A stretch of DNA of 64,000 bases from an uncultured Alphaproteobacteria bacterium (GCA_963819345.1 CAWFVX010000013.1:22852-86851); one strand, 5' to 3'; positions 51,625 to 60,808 are shown, counted from the first letter of the stretch. The notes: generated by a model from the sequence alone, not told the origin. Numbers and translations are program-made.

Positions 51625-52884
51625 ATGGCTTCCATTGCCCCAATGACCACCACGCATGATCCGCTGAACCAGCCGAACCCAAGGATCGCCGCCAACGTCA
51701 TGCACTTCGCGCGCCTGCTGCGCCGCGCCGGGCTACCAGTTGGCCCGGCGGAGACGATCGCCGCGCAGGAGGCACTGACCCACATCGATCTCGCCGCCAA
51801 GACACAGGCGTGTACCGCGCTGCGCACCGCGATGATCCATCGCCACGAGCACAGGGAGGTGTTCGACCAAGCCTTCGCCTTGTTCTGGCGCGACCCTTCC
51901 GCCGCCGAACAGGCCGCCGCGATGGCCCTGCTGGAGGCACAGAAAAAGCCTAAGCCCGACCGCGCGCCGCCCGCCTCTCGCCGCGTCGCCGAAGCCTTCG
52001 CGTCGAAAAAGGACAAGCCGCCGCAGCCGAAGGACGAGCCGCCCCCTGTCGACATGTCGATGACGGTGTCCGAGCAGGAGCGGCTCCAGCATATGGATTT
52101 CGAGGCGATGGGCGCCGCTGAAATCAACGAAGCCAAGCGTGAGATCCGCCGCTTGGTGCTGCCGCTGGACCTTCGCCGCACCCGCCGTCTCCGCCCCGAC
52201 CAGAACGGACCCGTTACCGACCTGCGCCGCACCATTCGCGCCAGCCTGCGTCAGGGCGGCGAGATCCTTACCATCGCGCGCAACCGGCGTATCGTCCGGC
52301 CGCCGCCGCTGGTCGTGTTGTGCGACATTTCCGGCTCGATGTCGCGGTATGCCCAGATTCTGCTGCACTTCCTGCACGCAGTGACCAACGACCGCGACCG
52401 CGTCCATGTCTTTCTGTTCGGTACTCGCCTGTCCAACGTCACCCGGCAACTGAAGGCGCGCGATCCCGAGGTTGCATTCCAGATGATCGCTCACGTTGTA
52501 CCCGACTGGTCCGGCGGCACGCGCATCGGCGAGGCCGTCGCCAGCTTCAACCGCCTTTGGGCGAAGCGAGTGCTGGGTCAAGGCGCCGTGGTGCTGCTGA
52601 TCACCGACGGGCTGGACCGCGACGGCGCCCACGGCCTGGCCGAGAACATGGACCGACTCCACCGCTCCTGCACAAGGCTGGTATGGCTCAACCCGCTGTT
52701 GCGCTGGACCGGGTTCGAGCCAAAATCGCAGGGCATCAAGGCGATGCTGCCGCATGTCGACGAATTCCGCCCGGTGCATAATCTGGCCAGCCTGCGGTCT
52801 TTGATCGAACTCGTTGTCACGCCCCGCCCCCCAAGCCTTACGAAGATAACAAGCCTTACGAAGATAAAGGGAACCAGCCGATGA
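51625..52884 (+). CDS. VWA-domain protein, CoxE family
   Basis: N-terminal FARLLRRAGLPVGPAE, then the VWA MIDAS region VVLCDISGSMSRY; start uncertain (51625 or 51643). Confidence 0.78.
   Translation: MASIAPMTTTHDPLNQPNPRIAANVMHFARLLRRAGLPVGPAETIAAQEALTHIDLAAKTQACTALRTAMIHRHEHREVFDQAFALFWRDPSAAEQAAAMALLEAQKKPKPDRAPPASRRVAEAFASKKDKPPQPKDEPPPVDMSMTVSEQERLQHMDFEAMGAAEINEAKREIRRLVLPLDLRRTRRLRPDQNGPVTDLRRTIRASLRQGGEILTIARNRRIVRPPPLVVLCDISGSMSRYAQILLHFLHAVTNDRDRVHVFLFGTRLSNVTRQLKARDPEVAFQMIAHVVPDWSGGTRIGEAVASFNRLWAKRVLGQGAVVLLITDGLDRDGAHGLAENMDRLHRSCTRLVWLNPLLRWTGFEPKSQGIKAMLPHVDEFRPVHNLASLRSLIELVVTPRPPSLTKITSLTKIKGTSR
52832..52867. repeat. Perfect 18-bp tandem duplication at the 3' end of coxE
   Basis: caagccttacgaagataa x2 (52832-52849 and 52850-52867); encodes the duplicated SLTKI(T) tail. 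Confidence 0.9.
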
Positions 52885-53210
52885 GCAGCACCACCGAAGT
52901 CGAGGATGTCCTGGGCACCGCCGCCGCATGGCACGCCGCCGGAGAGCAGGTTGCGGTGGCGACCGTGACCGAAACCTGGGGAAGTTCGCCTCGTCCCGCG
53001 GGCAGTCAGATGGCGGTGACCAGATCCGGCCGCATGGCTGGGTCGGTCTCGGGCGGCTGCATCGAGGGCGCGGTCGCTGACGCGGCGATGAAGACGATCG
53101 AAACCGGCAGCCCGCAATTGCTGGACTTTGGGGTGAGCAACGAGCGGGCGTGGGAGGTCGGCCTCGCCTGTGGCGGCAAGGTCAAGGTGTTTGTCGAGAA
53201 ACTGAGCTGA
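52881..53210 (+). CDS. XdhC/CoxI-family protein (N-terminal-domain type)
   Basis: 109-aa ORF; ATVTETWGSSPRPAGSQMAV...GSVSGGCIEG pattern. Confidence 0.75.
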   Translation: MSSTTEVEDVLGTAAAWHAAGEQVAVATVTETWGSSPRPAGSQMAVTRSGRMAGSVSGGCIEGAVADAAMKTIETGSPQLLDFGVSNERAWEVGLACGGKVKVFVEKLS

Positions 53211-53350
53211 GGAGTTGCCTCCAACCAACTCATAAGCTCACGGCGTCGGGGAGGAGGCACCGGAGCTGCCGCGAAATCTCGCGGTTCACGCCTCCCCTTT
53301 CCAGCGGATGCCGGTATGCTGGCGCAAACACAGTCGCGGGATGAACATCC

Positions 53351-54049
53351 ATGACCCCAGAAGTCCTTGCCGCCGTGGCGCAAGCAAAACAGGAAAAACG
53401 ACCCGTCGTCCTGGCAACGCGTTTGCCCTCCGGTGAGCAGCACTTGCTGCCAGACCCGAACGCTCCGGCGGATCTAAACGAGGCCGCCGCCCGGGCGCTG
53501 GACCGCGACCAAAGCGGAACCGTAAAGCTCGGGGACGTGGACTGGTTTCTACAGGCCTACAATCCGCCGCTCCGGCTGATCGTTGTTGGTGCGGTGCATA
53601 TTGCTCAGGCGCTGGTGCCGTTCGCGGCGCCGTGCGGGTTCTCGGTCACTGTGGTCGACCCACGCCGGTCGTTCGCTTCGGACGAGCGGTTTCCGAACGT
53701 TGAGATCTCCACCGATTGGCCTGATGAGGCGCTGGACACCTTCGCCCCAGACAGCCGCACCGCTGTCGTCACCCTGACGCACGATCCGAAGCTGGACGAC
53801 CCGGCGCTGGATCGCGCGCTGAAGTCGCAGGCGTTCTACATTGGCGCCCTTGGTTCCCGCCGGACCCATGCCGCGCGCTTGAAACGACTTCGCGAACTGG
53901 GCCATCAGGACAACGCCTTATCCCGCATCCGCGGTCCGGTCGGCCTGAATATCGAAGCCGTCACCGCGCCGGAAATCGCCTTGTCGATCATCGCCGAGAT
54001 CGTCGGCGTCCGCCGCAACGCGCCGCTGCCGCCGAAACCCGCTCCATGA
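53351..54049 (+). CDS. XdhC-family protein (Rossmann-domain type)
   Basis: LIVVGAVHIAQALV dinucleotide-fold strand; THDPKLDDPAL; YIGALGSRRTH. Confidence 0.75.
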   Translation: MTPEVLAAVAQAKQEKRPVVLATRLPSGEQHLLPDPNAPADLNEAAARALDRDQSGTVKLGDVDWFLQAYNPPLRLIVVGAVHIAQALVPFAAPCGFSVTVVDPRRSFASDERFPNVEISTDWPDEALDTFAPDSRTAVVTLTHDPKLDDPALDRALKSQAFYIGALGSRRTHAARLKRLRELGHQDNALSRIRGPVGLNIEAVTAPEIALSIIAEIVGVRRNAPLPPKPAP

Positions 54050-55704
54050 AGTTTGGCCCGGTCCCGCTGGACGAGGCCCGCGGTGCCATCATGGCGCACA
54101 GCCAAAAGGTCGGCGAACGGATGATCCGCAAGGGATCGCTGCTGGATGACAAGGCGATCGAGGCGTTGCGGGCGGCCGGCCGGTCGGAGGTAATTTGCGC
54201 CCGCCTGGAACCTGGCGACGTTCCGGAAGACATCGCGGCCGATCGCCTTGCGACCCCCCTGCTGTCGCCGCTGATCGCCCGGTCGCGCGCCGCCACAGGG
54301 CGGGTGAACCTGTCCGCTGAGGTCCCTGGATTACTGCGTATCGACGTCGGCCGGATCGACCGGCTGAACAGCATCGACGAGGCGCTCACGATTGGCACGC
54401 TGCCGGACTATGCCGTTGTCGCGCCGAAAGACCTGATCGCGACGATCAAGATTATCCCGTTCTCGGTCCCTGGAAACGTCCTGTCGGTAGCGGAAGCTAT
54501 GGTTCGTCAAGGTACCAGTCCGCTGACGCTGCACCCGTTCCGGCACCTGAAGGTCGGTCTGGTGGTGACCGAACTCCCCGGCCTGAAGGACAGCGTCACA
54601 GACAAGACCATCGCGATCACCGAGGCCCGGATTTCCGCCCTGACCGGCTCCTTGCTGCCTCCGGTCCTTTGCGCACATGAGGAAGAAGCCATTGGCCGGG
54701 CGCTGGACGGACTGGTCGGCGGGGGGGGCGACTTGCTTTTGGTCATTGGCGCCTCGGCCGTGGTGGACCGACGAGACGTCGGGCCGGCTGGAATCATGCG
54801 GGCGGGCGGGGAAATCCTGCATTTCGGCATGCCGGTCGATCCGGGCAACCTCATCTGCCTTGGCCAGATCGGCGAAAGGCCGGCGTTGGTGCTGCCTGGA
54901 TGCGCTCGCAGCCCTAGCCTCAACGGTATCGACTTCGTGCTGACCCGCCTGTTCGCCGGCGTCCCGGTTACTCCGCGTGACATGATGCGGATGGGCGTCG
55001 GTGGCCTTCTGAAGGAGATGGAGACGCGGCCCATGCCGCGTGAAAAGGCGCCGGCGACGCCTAGGTCCGGTGCCGCGCCGCGCAGCGCGCCGGTGATTGC
55101 CGGGGTTGTTCTAGGGGCAGGCCGGTCTCGGCGGATGGCGCCCCACAACAAACTGCTCGTTACCGACAAGGCCGGCAAGCCCATGGTCGCCCGGGTCGTC
55201 GACAACGTCTTGTCTTCCAATGCCCGACCGATTCTGGTCGTGACCGGCCATCAGGCCGAGCAGGTGGAGCATGCGCTGGGCGGCCGGCCGGTGCGATATG
55301 TGTATGCGGCCGACTATGCCGATGGTCTGTCCGCCAGCCTGAAGGCCGGGATCGCCGCGGTGCCGCCGGAATGCGCCGCCGCCGTGGTCTGCCTCGGTGA
55401 CATGCCGCTGGTGACGGGCCGGATGATCGACCGATTGTTATCGATGTACGACCCCGAGGAAGGCCGGCTGATCGTGCTGCCGACGTTCCGTGGCAAGCAG
55501 GGCAATCCAATGCTGTGGGACAAAAGGTTCTTCCCGGAGATCCTGCAGATCGGCGGCGATACGGGCGCGCGGTTTTTGATCGGTAAACACGCCGAATTCG
55601 TGTGCGAGGTCGAAATGGCGGACGATGCGGTGCTCCGGGACTTTGACACGACGGAATCGTTGACGACGCTGCCAAAGGGCATGCGGCCGGAGGGGGTCGG
55701 GTAA
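54046..55704 (+). CDS. Molybdopterin-binding domain fused to a MobA/MocA-like nucleotidyltransferase
   Basis: ATGA overlap with xdhC; MoeA/CinA-like GDLLLVIGASAVVDRRD region; C-terminal AGVVLGAGRSRRM NTP-transferase motif. Confidence 0.72.
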   Translation: MKFGPVPLDEARGAIMAHSQKVGERMIRKGSLLDDKAIEALRAAGRSEVICARLEPGDVPEDIAADRLATPLLSPLIARSRAATGRVNLSAEVPGLLRIDVGRIDRLNSIDEALTIGTLPDYAVVAPKDLIATIKIIPFSVPGNVLSVAEAMVRQGTSPLTLHPFRHLKVGLVVTELPGLKDSVTDKTIAITEARISALTGSLLPPVLCAHEEEAIGRALDGLVGGGGDLLLVIGASAVVDRRDVGPAGIMRAGGEILHFGMPVDPGNLICLGQIGERPALVLPGCARSPSLNGIDFVLTRLFAGVPVTPRDMMRMGVGGLLKEMETRPMPREKAPATPRSGAAPRSAPVIAGVVLGAGRSRRMAPHNKLLVTDKAGKPMVARVVDNVLSSNARPILVVTGHQAEQVEHALGGRPVRYVYAADYADGLSASLKAGIAAVPPECAAAVVCLGDMPLVTGRMIDRLLSMYDPEEGRLIVLPTFRGKQGNPMLWDKRFFPEILQIGGDTGARFLIGKHAEFVCEVEMADDAVLRDFDTTESLTTLPKGMRPEGVG

Positions 55705-55708
55705 GCCT

Positions 55709-57163
55709 CTAGGTATCTTGCAGGCCGCACAGTGACCACGGCACGCCATTCCACCACCACATCACGTGTCTATACCAAAGACCGAGCCGAGCGGACAGCG
55801 ACGGGCGGACGGGGTCGTAGACCTCGATATTGGCCATCATGCCAGCATCTTCGTGCCGCAGGACATGGCAGTGGAATACGAACCGACCCAGGATCAGGGG
55901 GTCGGTGAACGGCATCCGCAGCTTCACCTGACCACGTTCCGGTACAAGCACGGTATCAACATAGCCCGTGAACGGGACCGGCTTCCCGTTGGTCTCAACG
56001 ACCTGGAAGCTGATCTGGTGAATGTGGAAGATGTGCATATCGTCGGAATCGTTCCGTATCGTCCATTCCTCAATGTTGCCCAAGGGTATACGGATATCCA
56101 TCCGGCTCTCGTCGAACAACTTGCCGTTGACAAAAAAGAGTTGGCGGTCCGCCTTCGTCATAGTGGTCTGGGAAAAAACGACCTCGCGCGTCGCGTCGAT
56201 CCGGACCGCGCGCAGATCCGGGGGCGCGACTGTGGATGCTGCCGCGATCGTCGAAGGTAGTTCGTCTCCGGCGACATCCAATGAGCCGATCTCCCGGTCC
56301 GGCGTTTGTTCTGATCCGGTGCCCGTCATGATTCCTTTCGCCACCAGTGCGTAGCGGCCAACTTCCCCGGCATCGACGAGAACGTCGACGCGGGCGCTTG
56401 GCGAAACGTCCAGTACGTAGGTGGAACGTTCATTGACCGTTGCCTGGCCATCTTCTGCCACGACGCGAAAGCGATGGCCGTTCAATGCAATATGGAGCGC
56501 TCTGTCGGCACTCTGGTTGGTGAAGCGCCACAGTTGAGTTTCCCCCGGCCGCATGGCTTCGTTGGTCGTCAGCTGACCGTTCACCGACTGAACGATGCCA
56601 TGCATGGTGTCGTCGACCTCGGCATTGCCAGTGTCGTCGTCAAACACCATGTCCTTTAATACAAACAACCGCTGCGTCATCGATATCGGTTCTGGTGGTT
56701 CAACTATGAGCGTCCCGCTAAGGCCGCTCATGATCTGATGTTCGGCTATGCCGTGTACATGGGCGTGATACCAGTATAGACCTGGTGGTTGGGTGAGCGG
56801 TATCCTTACCTCGTAGTCGAAGCTATGGCCCGGTTGAATAACGAGATGCGGATTGTCGCTGTTGCCAAGGGGCGAGGTCTGAATGCCATGAAAGTGCAGG
56901 TTGGTCGGTTGCGACAGGTGGTTGACGAGCATCAGGCGCATTACGTCGCCTGGATGGACGTGCAGCACCGGTCCCGCGTAGACACCATTGTAGGTGGCGC
57001 CATCGAGTTCGAGGTTTCCGACCTGAACCTTTTCCTCTGCCGCCACCAATGTCGTCGACAGAACGCCGTCATGGCTAAAGATTTCGGTCGGGCTACCCGG
57101 ATCGTTCGCGCGCGCGATTGAAGTGCCGAGCAGTATCGCCAGTACGAGAAGGGCGATTCGCAT
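55709..57163 (-). CDS. Three-domain multicopper oxidase
   Basis: All four copper motifs present: LHFHG, WYHAHVHG, HIFHIHQ and HCHVLRHEDAGMM; Sec-type signal [19 protein letters not shown]; ATG 57163 overlaps the MCP stop (TGATG). Confidence 0.88.
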   Translation of the reverse strand: MRIALLVLAILLGTSIARANDPGSPTEIFSHDGVLSTTLVAAEEKVQVGNLELDGATYNGVYAGPVLHVHPGDVMRLMLVNHLSQPTNLHFHGIQTSPLGNSDNPHLVIQPGHSFDYEVRIPLTQPPGLYWYHAHVHGIAEHQIMSGLSGTLIVEPPEPISMTQRLFVLKDMVFDDDTGNAEVDDTMHGIVQSVNGQLTTNEAMRPGETQLWRFTNQSADRALHIALNGHRFRVVAEDGQATVNERSTYVLDVSPSARVDVLVDAGEVGRYALVAKGIMTGTGSEQTPDREIGSLDVAGDELPSTIAAASTVAPPDLRAVRIDATREVVFSQTTMTKADRQLFFVNGKLFDESRMDIRIPLGNIEEWTIRNDSDDMHIFHIHQISFQVVETNGKPVPFTGYVDTVLVPERGQVKLRMPFTDPLILGRFVFHCHVLRHEDAGMMANIEVYDPVRPSLSARLGLWYRHVMWWWNGVPWSLCGLQDT

Positions 57164-59043
57164 CAGGCCGCGCGTTTTCCGCGGATCCATTCGACCAGCG
57201 CACGTGGGGCCGCGGTGGAATCCCATGGGAAGCGGATGCTGGCTTCCTCACCATCCCGCAAGATCGTGCCGCTCAGATCTGGCAGACCCCCCACACGAAG
57301 GACAACGGCCGTTCCGGCCCCGATCCGGTGCTCCGACTGGACCCGTGCACCGCCAAAGCTGAGATCCAGGCAAATCACCGGCAGAGGGTTGCCGTTCAGG
57401 ACCAGCGTGGCCGGCAGATTGATCGAAACGCGCTCATCCTCCCGCCGGTTGGCGGCGTCCGACGACGTACGAACGATGCGGACCATTACATTTCGCAGCT
57501 CCGAAATATGCTCGGCTACCTCTCCAGCCACCGAGCGCATTTCGTTCACGGCCGCATCGGTCCCTTGTGCTTCTTGCGAAACCGACTTTACTTGAGCAGA
57601 GACTATCCGCATCGCCTCGGCTGTGCCAAGCACGTTGCGCGCAATCTCACCAGTTGCAGCCGTCTGCTGTTCCGCGGCTGCCGCAATCGTTTGAGTAATG
57701 CCCTCGATCGCGGCCACCCGGCCCACCATTTCCCCAACCACTCTCACCGCGTCGTGGGTAGCGCTTTGTACACTGCTGACGGCTCGCGCGATTTCCTCGG
57801 TGGATCGCGCGGTTTGTGTGGCCAGGGTCTTGACCTCGCCGGCAACCACAGCAAAGCCGCGACCGGCCTCACCCGCGCGGGCCGCCTCGATTGTCGCGTT
57901 CAGCGCCAGCAAATTGGTTCGTCCGGCGATGTCTCGGATCAACTGGGCGACCGCGCCTATCTGGCCCATCGACGCCGACAGCGCATCGATAATCGTGCGC
58001 GCTTGTTCGCCTGCCCGCGCAGTGCTCGCGATTTCGGCAGTGGAAACGGTAATCTGGGAGGCGATTTCGCTCGCCGAGCTTGAGAGCTTCTCCCCCGCGG
58101 CGGCGACGATCTCGCAGCTGTGCAGCGCGTCGTTGCTGGCGCCGGCTGCCGAGTCCACGCTCGCCAGCATGCGGGCCGCGGAGGCGGCGAGTTCCCCCGC
58201 CCGATCTGACAGAAGAACGCCGCTTCGAGAGGATCGTTCGGCGACAGTCGTGGTCTCGCGCTCGATGCTGTCCGCGGCGCTGCGCAAGGCTTCCACCTTC
58301 TCGGTCTCAGCTCGCTCGTGTTGCTCCTCACGTTCCGCGCCGGCCCGGGCGTTTTGTTGCATCGCCTCGCGGAACACGGCCGCTGCGCGTGCGACACCCC
58401 CGATCTCATCGCGGCGCGCAGACAGCCGGGGCGGGACGGCGAGATCCAAATCCCCCGCGGCCAGACGGGCAATGATGCGGGAAAGTTGACCCAAGGGGCG
58501 CGACAGATCGCGGCCCAGAACAAAGCCAACCCCAAGAGCAATGCCGACGGCGACGGCGATCTGAATCAGCACGACACGCGTGCTGCGACCAGCCGTCTCA
58601 TCCGCGTCGTCGCGCGCTTCCAAACCGTCGGCGGCAAACTTCTGCACCAGCTTCGTCAATGACCGATCAGCTTGCGTCATCCGATCAGTTAATTCCGGCG
58701 CAGGTGTTTCCGCCAACGAGGCCAGCAGTCCGCGCGTTTTTTTGCCCGCATCCCGGGCAGTGTCGGAAGCCGCTCGGTCCAGTGCGACATCGAGCAGGCT
58801 GAGCACCTTTTGCAGATCGCCTGTCGCGCCGACCGTCCCGCCGGCTGCCTGCTGGCTGTTCTTGAACCGCAGGAACTCGTTCTGCGCTTGGTTGACGTAA
58901 GACATACCCATGAACGCATGATCGAAGATGCCGATCGCCAGACGCCCCATTTGCGATGCCTGTTGCTGTGCCAGCACGCCAAGCAGGGCGATGATGGCGA
59001 CAAAGCCGAGGCACGCCGCCAGGATTTTCATACGCACGGACAT
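57163..59043 (-). CDS. Methyl-accepting chemotaxis protein with a C-terminal PilZ domain
   Basis: Two TM segments flanking a periplasmic helical domain; HAMP; signalling hairpin [31 protein letters not shown]; PilZ motifs RREDER (RRxxxR) and DLSFGG (DxSxxG). Confidence 0.88.
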   Translation of the reverse strand: MSVRMKILAACLGFVAIIALLGVLAQQQASQMGRLAIGIFDHAFMGMSYVNQAQNEFLRFKNSQQAAGGTVGATGDLQKVLSLLDVALDRAASDTARDAGKKTRGLLASLAETPAPELTDRMTQADRSLTKLVQKFAADGLEARDDADETAGRSTRVVLIQIAVAVGIALGVGFVLGRDLSRPLGQLSRIIARLAAGDLDLAVPPRLSARRDEIGGVARAAAVFREAMQQNARAGAEREEQHERAETEKVEALRSAADSIERETTTVAERSSRSGVLLSDRAGELAASAARMLASVDSAAGASNDALHSCEIVAAAGEKLSSSASEIASQITVSTAEIASTARAGEQARTIIDALSASMGQIGAVAQLIRDIAGRTNLLALNATIEAARAGEAGRGFAVVAGEVKTLATQTARSTEEIARAVSSVQSATHDAVRVVGEMVGRVAAIEGITQTIAAAAEQQTAATGEIARNVLGTAEAMRIVSAQVKSVSQEAQGTDAAVNEMRSVAGEVAEHISELRNVMVRIVRTSSDAANRREDERVSINLPATLVLNGNPLPVICLDLSFGGARVQSEHRIGAGTAVVLRVGGLPDLSGTILRDGEEASIRFPWDSTAAPRALVEWIRGKRAA

Positions 59044-59080
59044 CAAGGATTCCTGTCGAGAAAGGCAGCTGGCAGCAATG

Positions 59081-59402
59081 TCACTTAACCGTTACGGTCA
59101 TCTTCATGCTTGGATGGATACTGCAGCGGATCTTGAAGCGCCCGGCCTTGTCGAACGCATACTTTACGGTCTCTCCCGGTTTCTGCAAACCGAGATCCGT
59201 CGCGTCGTCTTCGTCGTTCAGTACCCGTGATGTTATGGCTCACGTCGTCCTGGTTCTGGAAGTTCAGAGTATCACCCGGCTTCAGGTCAATCGATTTTTC
59301 GCTAAACTTCTGCCCACTCTGCGAGATGTTTGTCGCGGCGGCGCGAACATCGGCGCCTCCGGCGACGAGCATTGTCGCGAGCACGATGGCTGATACACGC
59401 AT
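59081..59402 (-). pseudogene. Type-1 (blue) copper protein, amicyanin-like, frame-disrupted
   Basis: Signal peptide plus His ligand in DVSHNI (ORF 59085..59402); after acg-g-gta (about 59225) the true tail [47 protein letters not shown] (ligand loop C-x2-H-x2-M) runs in another frame to the stop at 59081-59083. Confidence 0.7.
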
Positions 59403-59428
59403 GGTTCACACTCCTAGACTGATAACGT

Positions 59429-60808
59429 TTAGAAACGGGCTGCAGCCCAGATGCTGAAGTATAGGGCGTTGTTGGCGGCCGCATTATTGGTGACGCCGTC
59501 GAAGCGGAAGTAGCTGACGTATTGCACGGCTAGGCGGACATTGCCCCACGAGATAAAGGAGTCCGGCTTACCCCATGGCACATACGCGATCTCAGCGATC
59601 ATGCCCGAAGTGTTCGGACTACCGTTCGGCGTTGCCCAATACGCCGGGTCGCCGGTGCCGTTGGTTTGGAAATATTGGATCGAGGGCGTGACGGTCGCGC
59701 CTAGACTATACGACACATCGGCGCGAAACGTATTCAGGCCATGATATGGCAGCGAACCGTTGATTGCCCTGCTGGCGCCGAGCCAGCCGTCCTCGTGGAT
59801 CAGGGTGGCGTGTGCTGAGACTATGTCGCTGGTGACGCTGCGAGGATTGACGTAAAACTGGTAGTTGGCGTCCAGCGCGAGATCGGTGAACTGATCCGCT
59901 TGGCCGGGAACTTCGATGCCGCCGGGTGCCACGTTCCCATTCAGGCCGTATGTGCCGACTTCGAAGTAGTGGCGGCCAAAATCCTTCTGCAGTGCCAGGC
60001 GCCAGTAGGGAATGACTCCCAGCGTCTTGTCGGTATTGGCGACTGGAACGATCCCGGTGGCGTTCAGCACGTCATACCCAAGGCCCCGATAGAGGTCGAA
60101 CTCGGCGTAGACCAGACTGTTCCACATTGCATAGGCGCCGGCCCCGGCTACGCGTTGGCCCAGGCCGCCATCGATCAATGTCGCTGCCAAAGGCGTTGGG
60201 GCGAGCGGCGAGCTGTTATATGGAAAGCTCCAGACCGGCGTTGAATTCCACAGGTCAGACACGGTCGGGCTGTTGTTAGCAGTAAAACCGTAGACGAAAT
60301 CTTCGTCGAACAAGTCCGTGTCGTGCGCATAACGGATGTCAGCGTTGTCGACATGTCCCTGATCGGCGACGCCGTCATAGGTGAGTTGAATGAAGGCGCC
60401 AAACCCCCCGGCAATTTTCCCGGCGTAATACACGGACGCCTGGTCCATCGCGAAGTTGTTGTTGGAGGCGAAATGCGGGGCGGCCGGACCCGGCTGATCG
60501 TTGTTGGTGTGGGTGAAGGATAATTGCGTGGTGACCGCGAGCGGTAGGCCGTGTTTCTTATTATCGGTTGCGGTGTAGCCGTTCAGCTTAAATTCGCGGC
60601 CGAATTTGGTGAGCTGCGGCCCGAAAGCGCCAACGTGACATGCCGCACAGGGCTGTCCGGTCTGCCCCGCGAACGATGGAACGGCGGTAGCGGTGATGGG
60701 CCGGAGCAGCAGAAACGCGGCGAGGATAGACCCAAATGCAAACCGCAGGATGAACCGCAACCGCAGAATGCGGGCCCGCGGCGGAAGCGAGAGCTGCGGC
60801 ACACTCAT
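59429..60808 (-). CDS. Fused monohaem cytochrome c / outer-membrane beta-barrel (Cyc2-like architecture)
   Basis: Signal peptide, then a single CXXCH (PSFAGQTGQPCAACHVGAFGPQLTKFGREFKLNGY), then about 400 aa with an alternating beta-strand pattern ending in ..WAAARF (terminal Phe beta-signal). Confidence 0.7.
   Translation of the reverse strand: MSVPQLSLPPRARILRLRFILRFAFGSILAAFLLLRPITATAVPSFAGQTGQPCAACHVGAFGPQLTKFGREFKLNGYTATDNKKHGLPLAVTTQLSFTHTNNDQPGPAAPHFASNNNFAMDQASVYYAGKIAGGFGAFIQLTYDGVADQGHVDNADIRYAHDTDLFDEDFVYGFTANNSPTVSDLWNSTPVWSFPYNSSPLAPTPLAATLIDGGLGQRVAGAGAYAMWNSLVYAEFDLYRGLGYDVLNATGIVPVANTDKTLGVIPYWRLALQKDFGRHYFEVGTYGLNGNVAPGGIEVPGQADQFTDLALDANYQFYVNPRSVTSDIVSAHATLIHEDGWLGASRAINGSLPYHGLNTFRADVSYSLGATVTPSIQYFQTNGTGDPAYWATPNGSPNTSGMIAEIAYVPWGKPDSFISWGNVRLAVQYVSYFRFDGVTNNAAANNALYFSIWAAARF

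Noticed and set aside
51733-52929. 398-aa antisense ORF opposite coxE
   Set aside because: It is a shadow ORF. The sense strand carries the VWA MIDAS motif and the CoxE N-terminal signature.
52881-54049. The XdhC split into 109-aa and 232-aa ORFs could be another frameshift
   Set aside because: The two parts are separated by about 140 nt, each has its own start, and I could not splice them by a simple frame switch. Separate N-domain and Rossmann-domain XdhC genes are, from memory, a common arrangement in related genomes. Residual uncertainty remains.
57118-58083. 321-aa plus-strand ORF, and several others, opposite the MCP
   Set aside because: These are shadow ORFs in the Ala-rich, repetitive MCP coding region. 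The minus strand carries the canonical MCP signalling hairpin.
55709-60808. Simple CopA/CopB copper-resistance annotation for the MCO and outer-membrane protein
   Set aside because: This is not fully excluded but is disfavoured. The MCO has a Sec-type rather than a twin-arginine leader and no Met-rich tract. The barrel carries CXXCH rather than Met/His repeats. A cupredoxin and an MCP intervene, and no copC/copD or cusRS-like genes are present.
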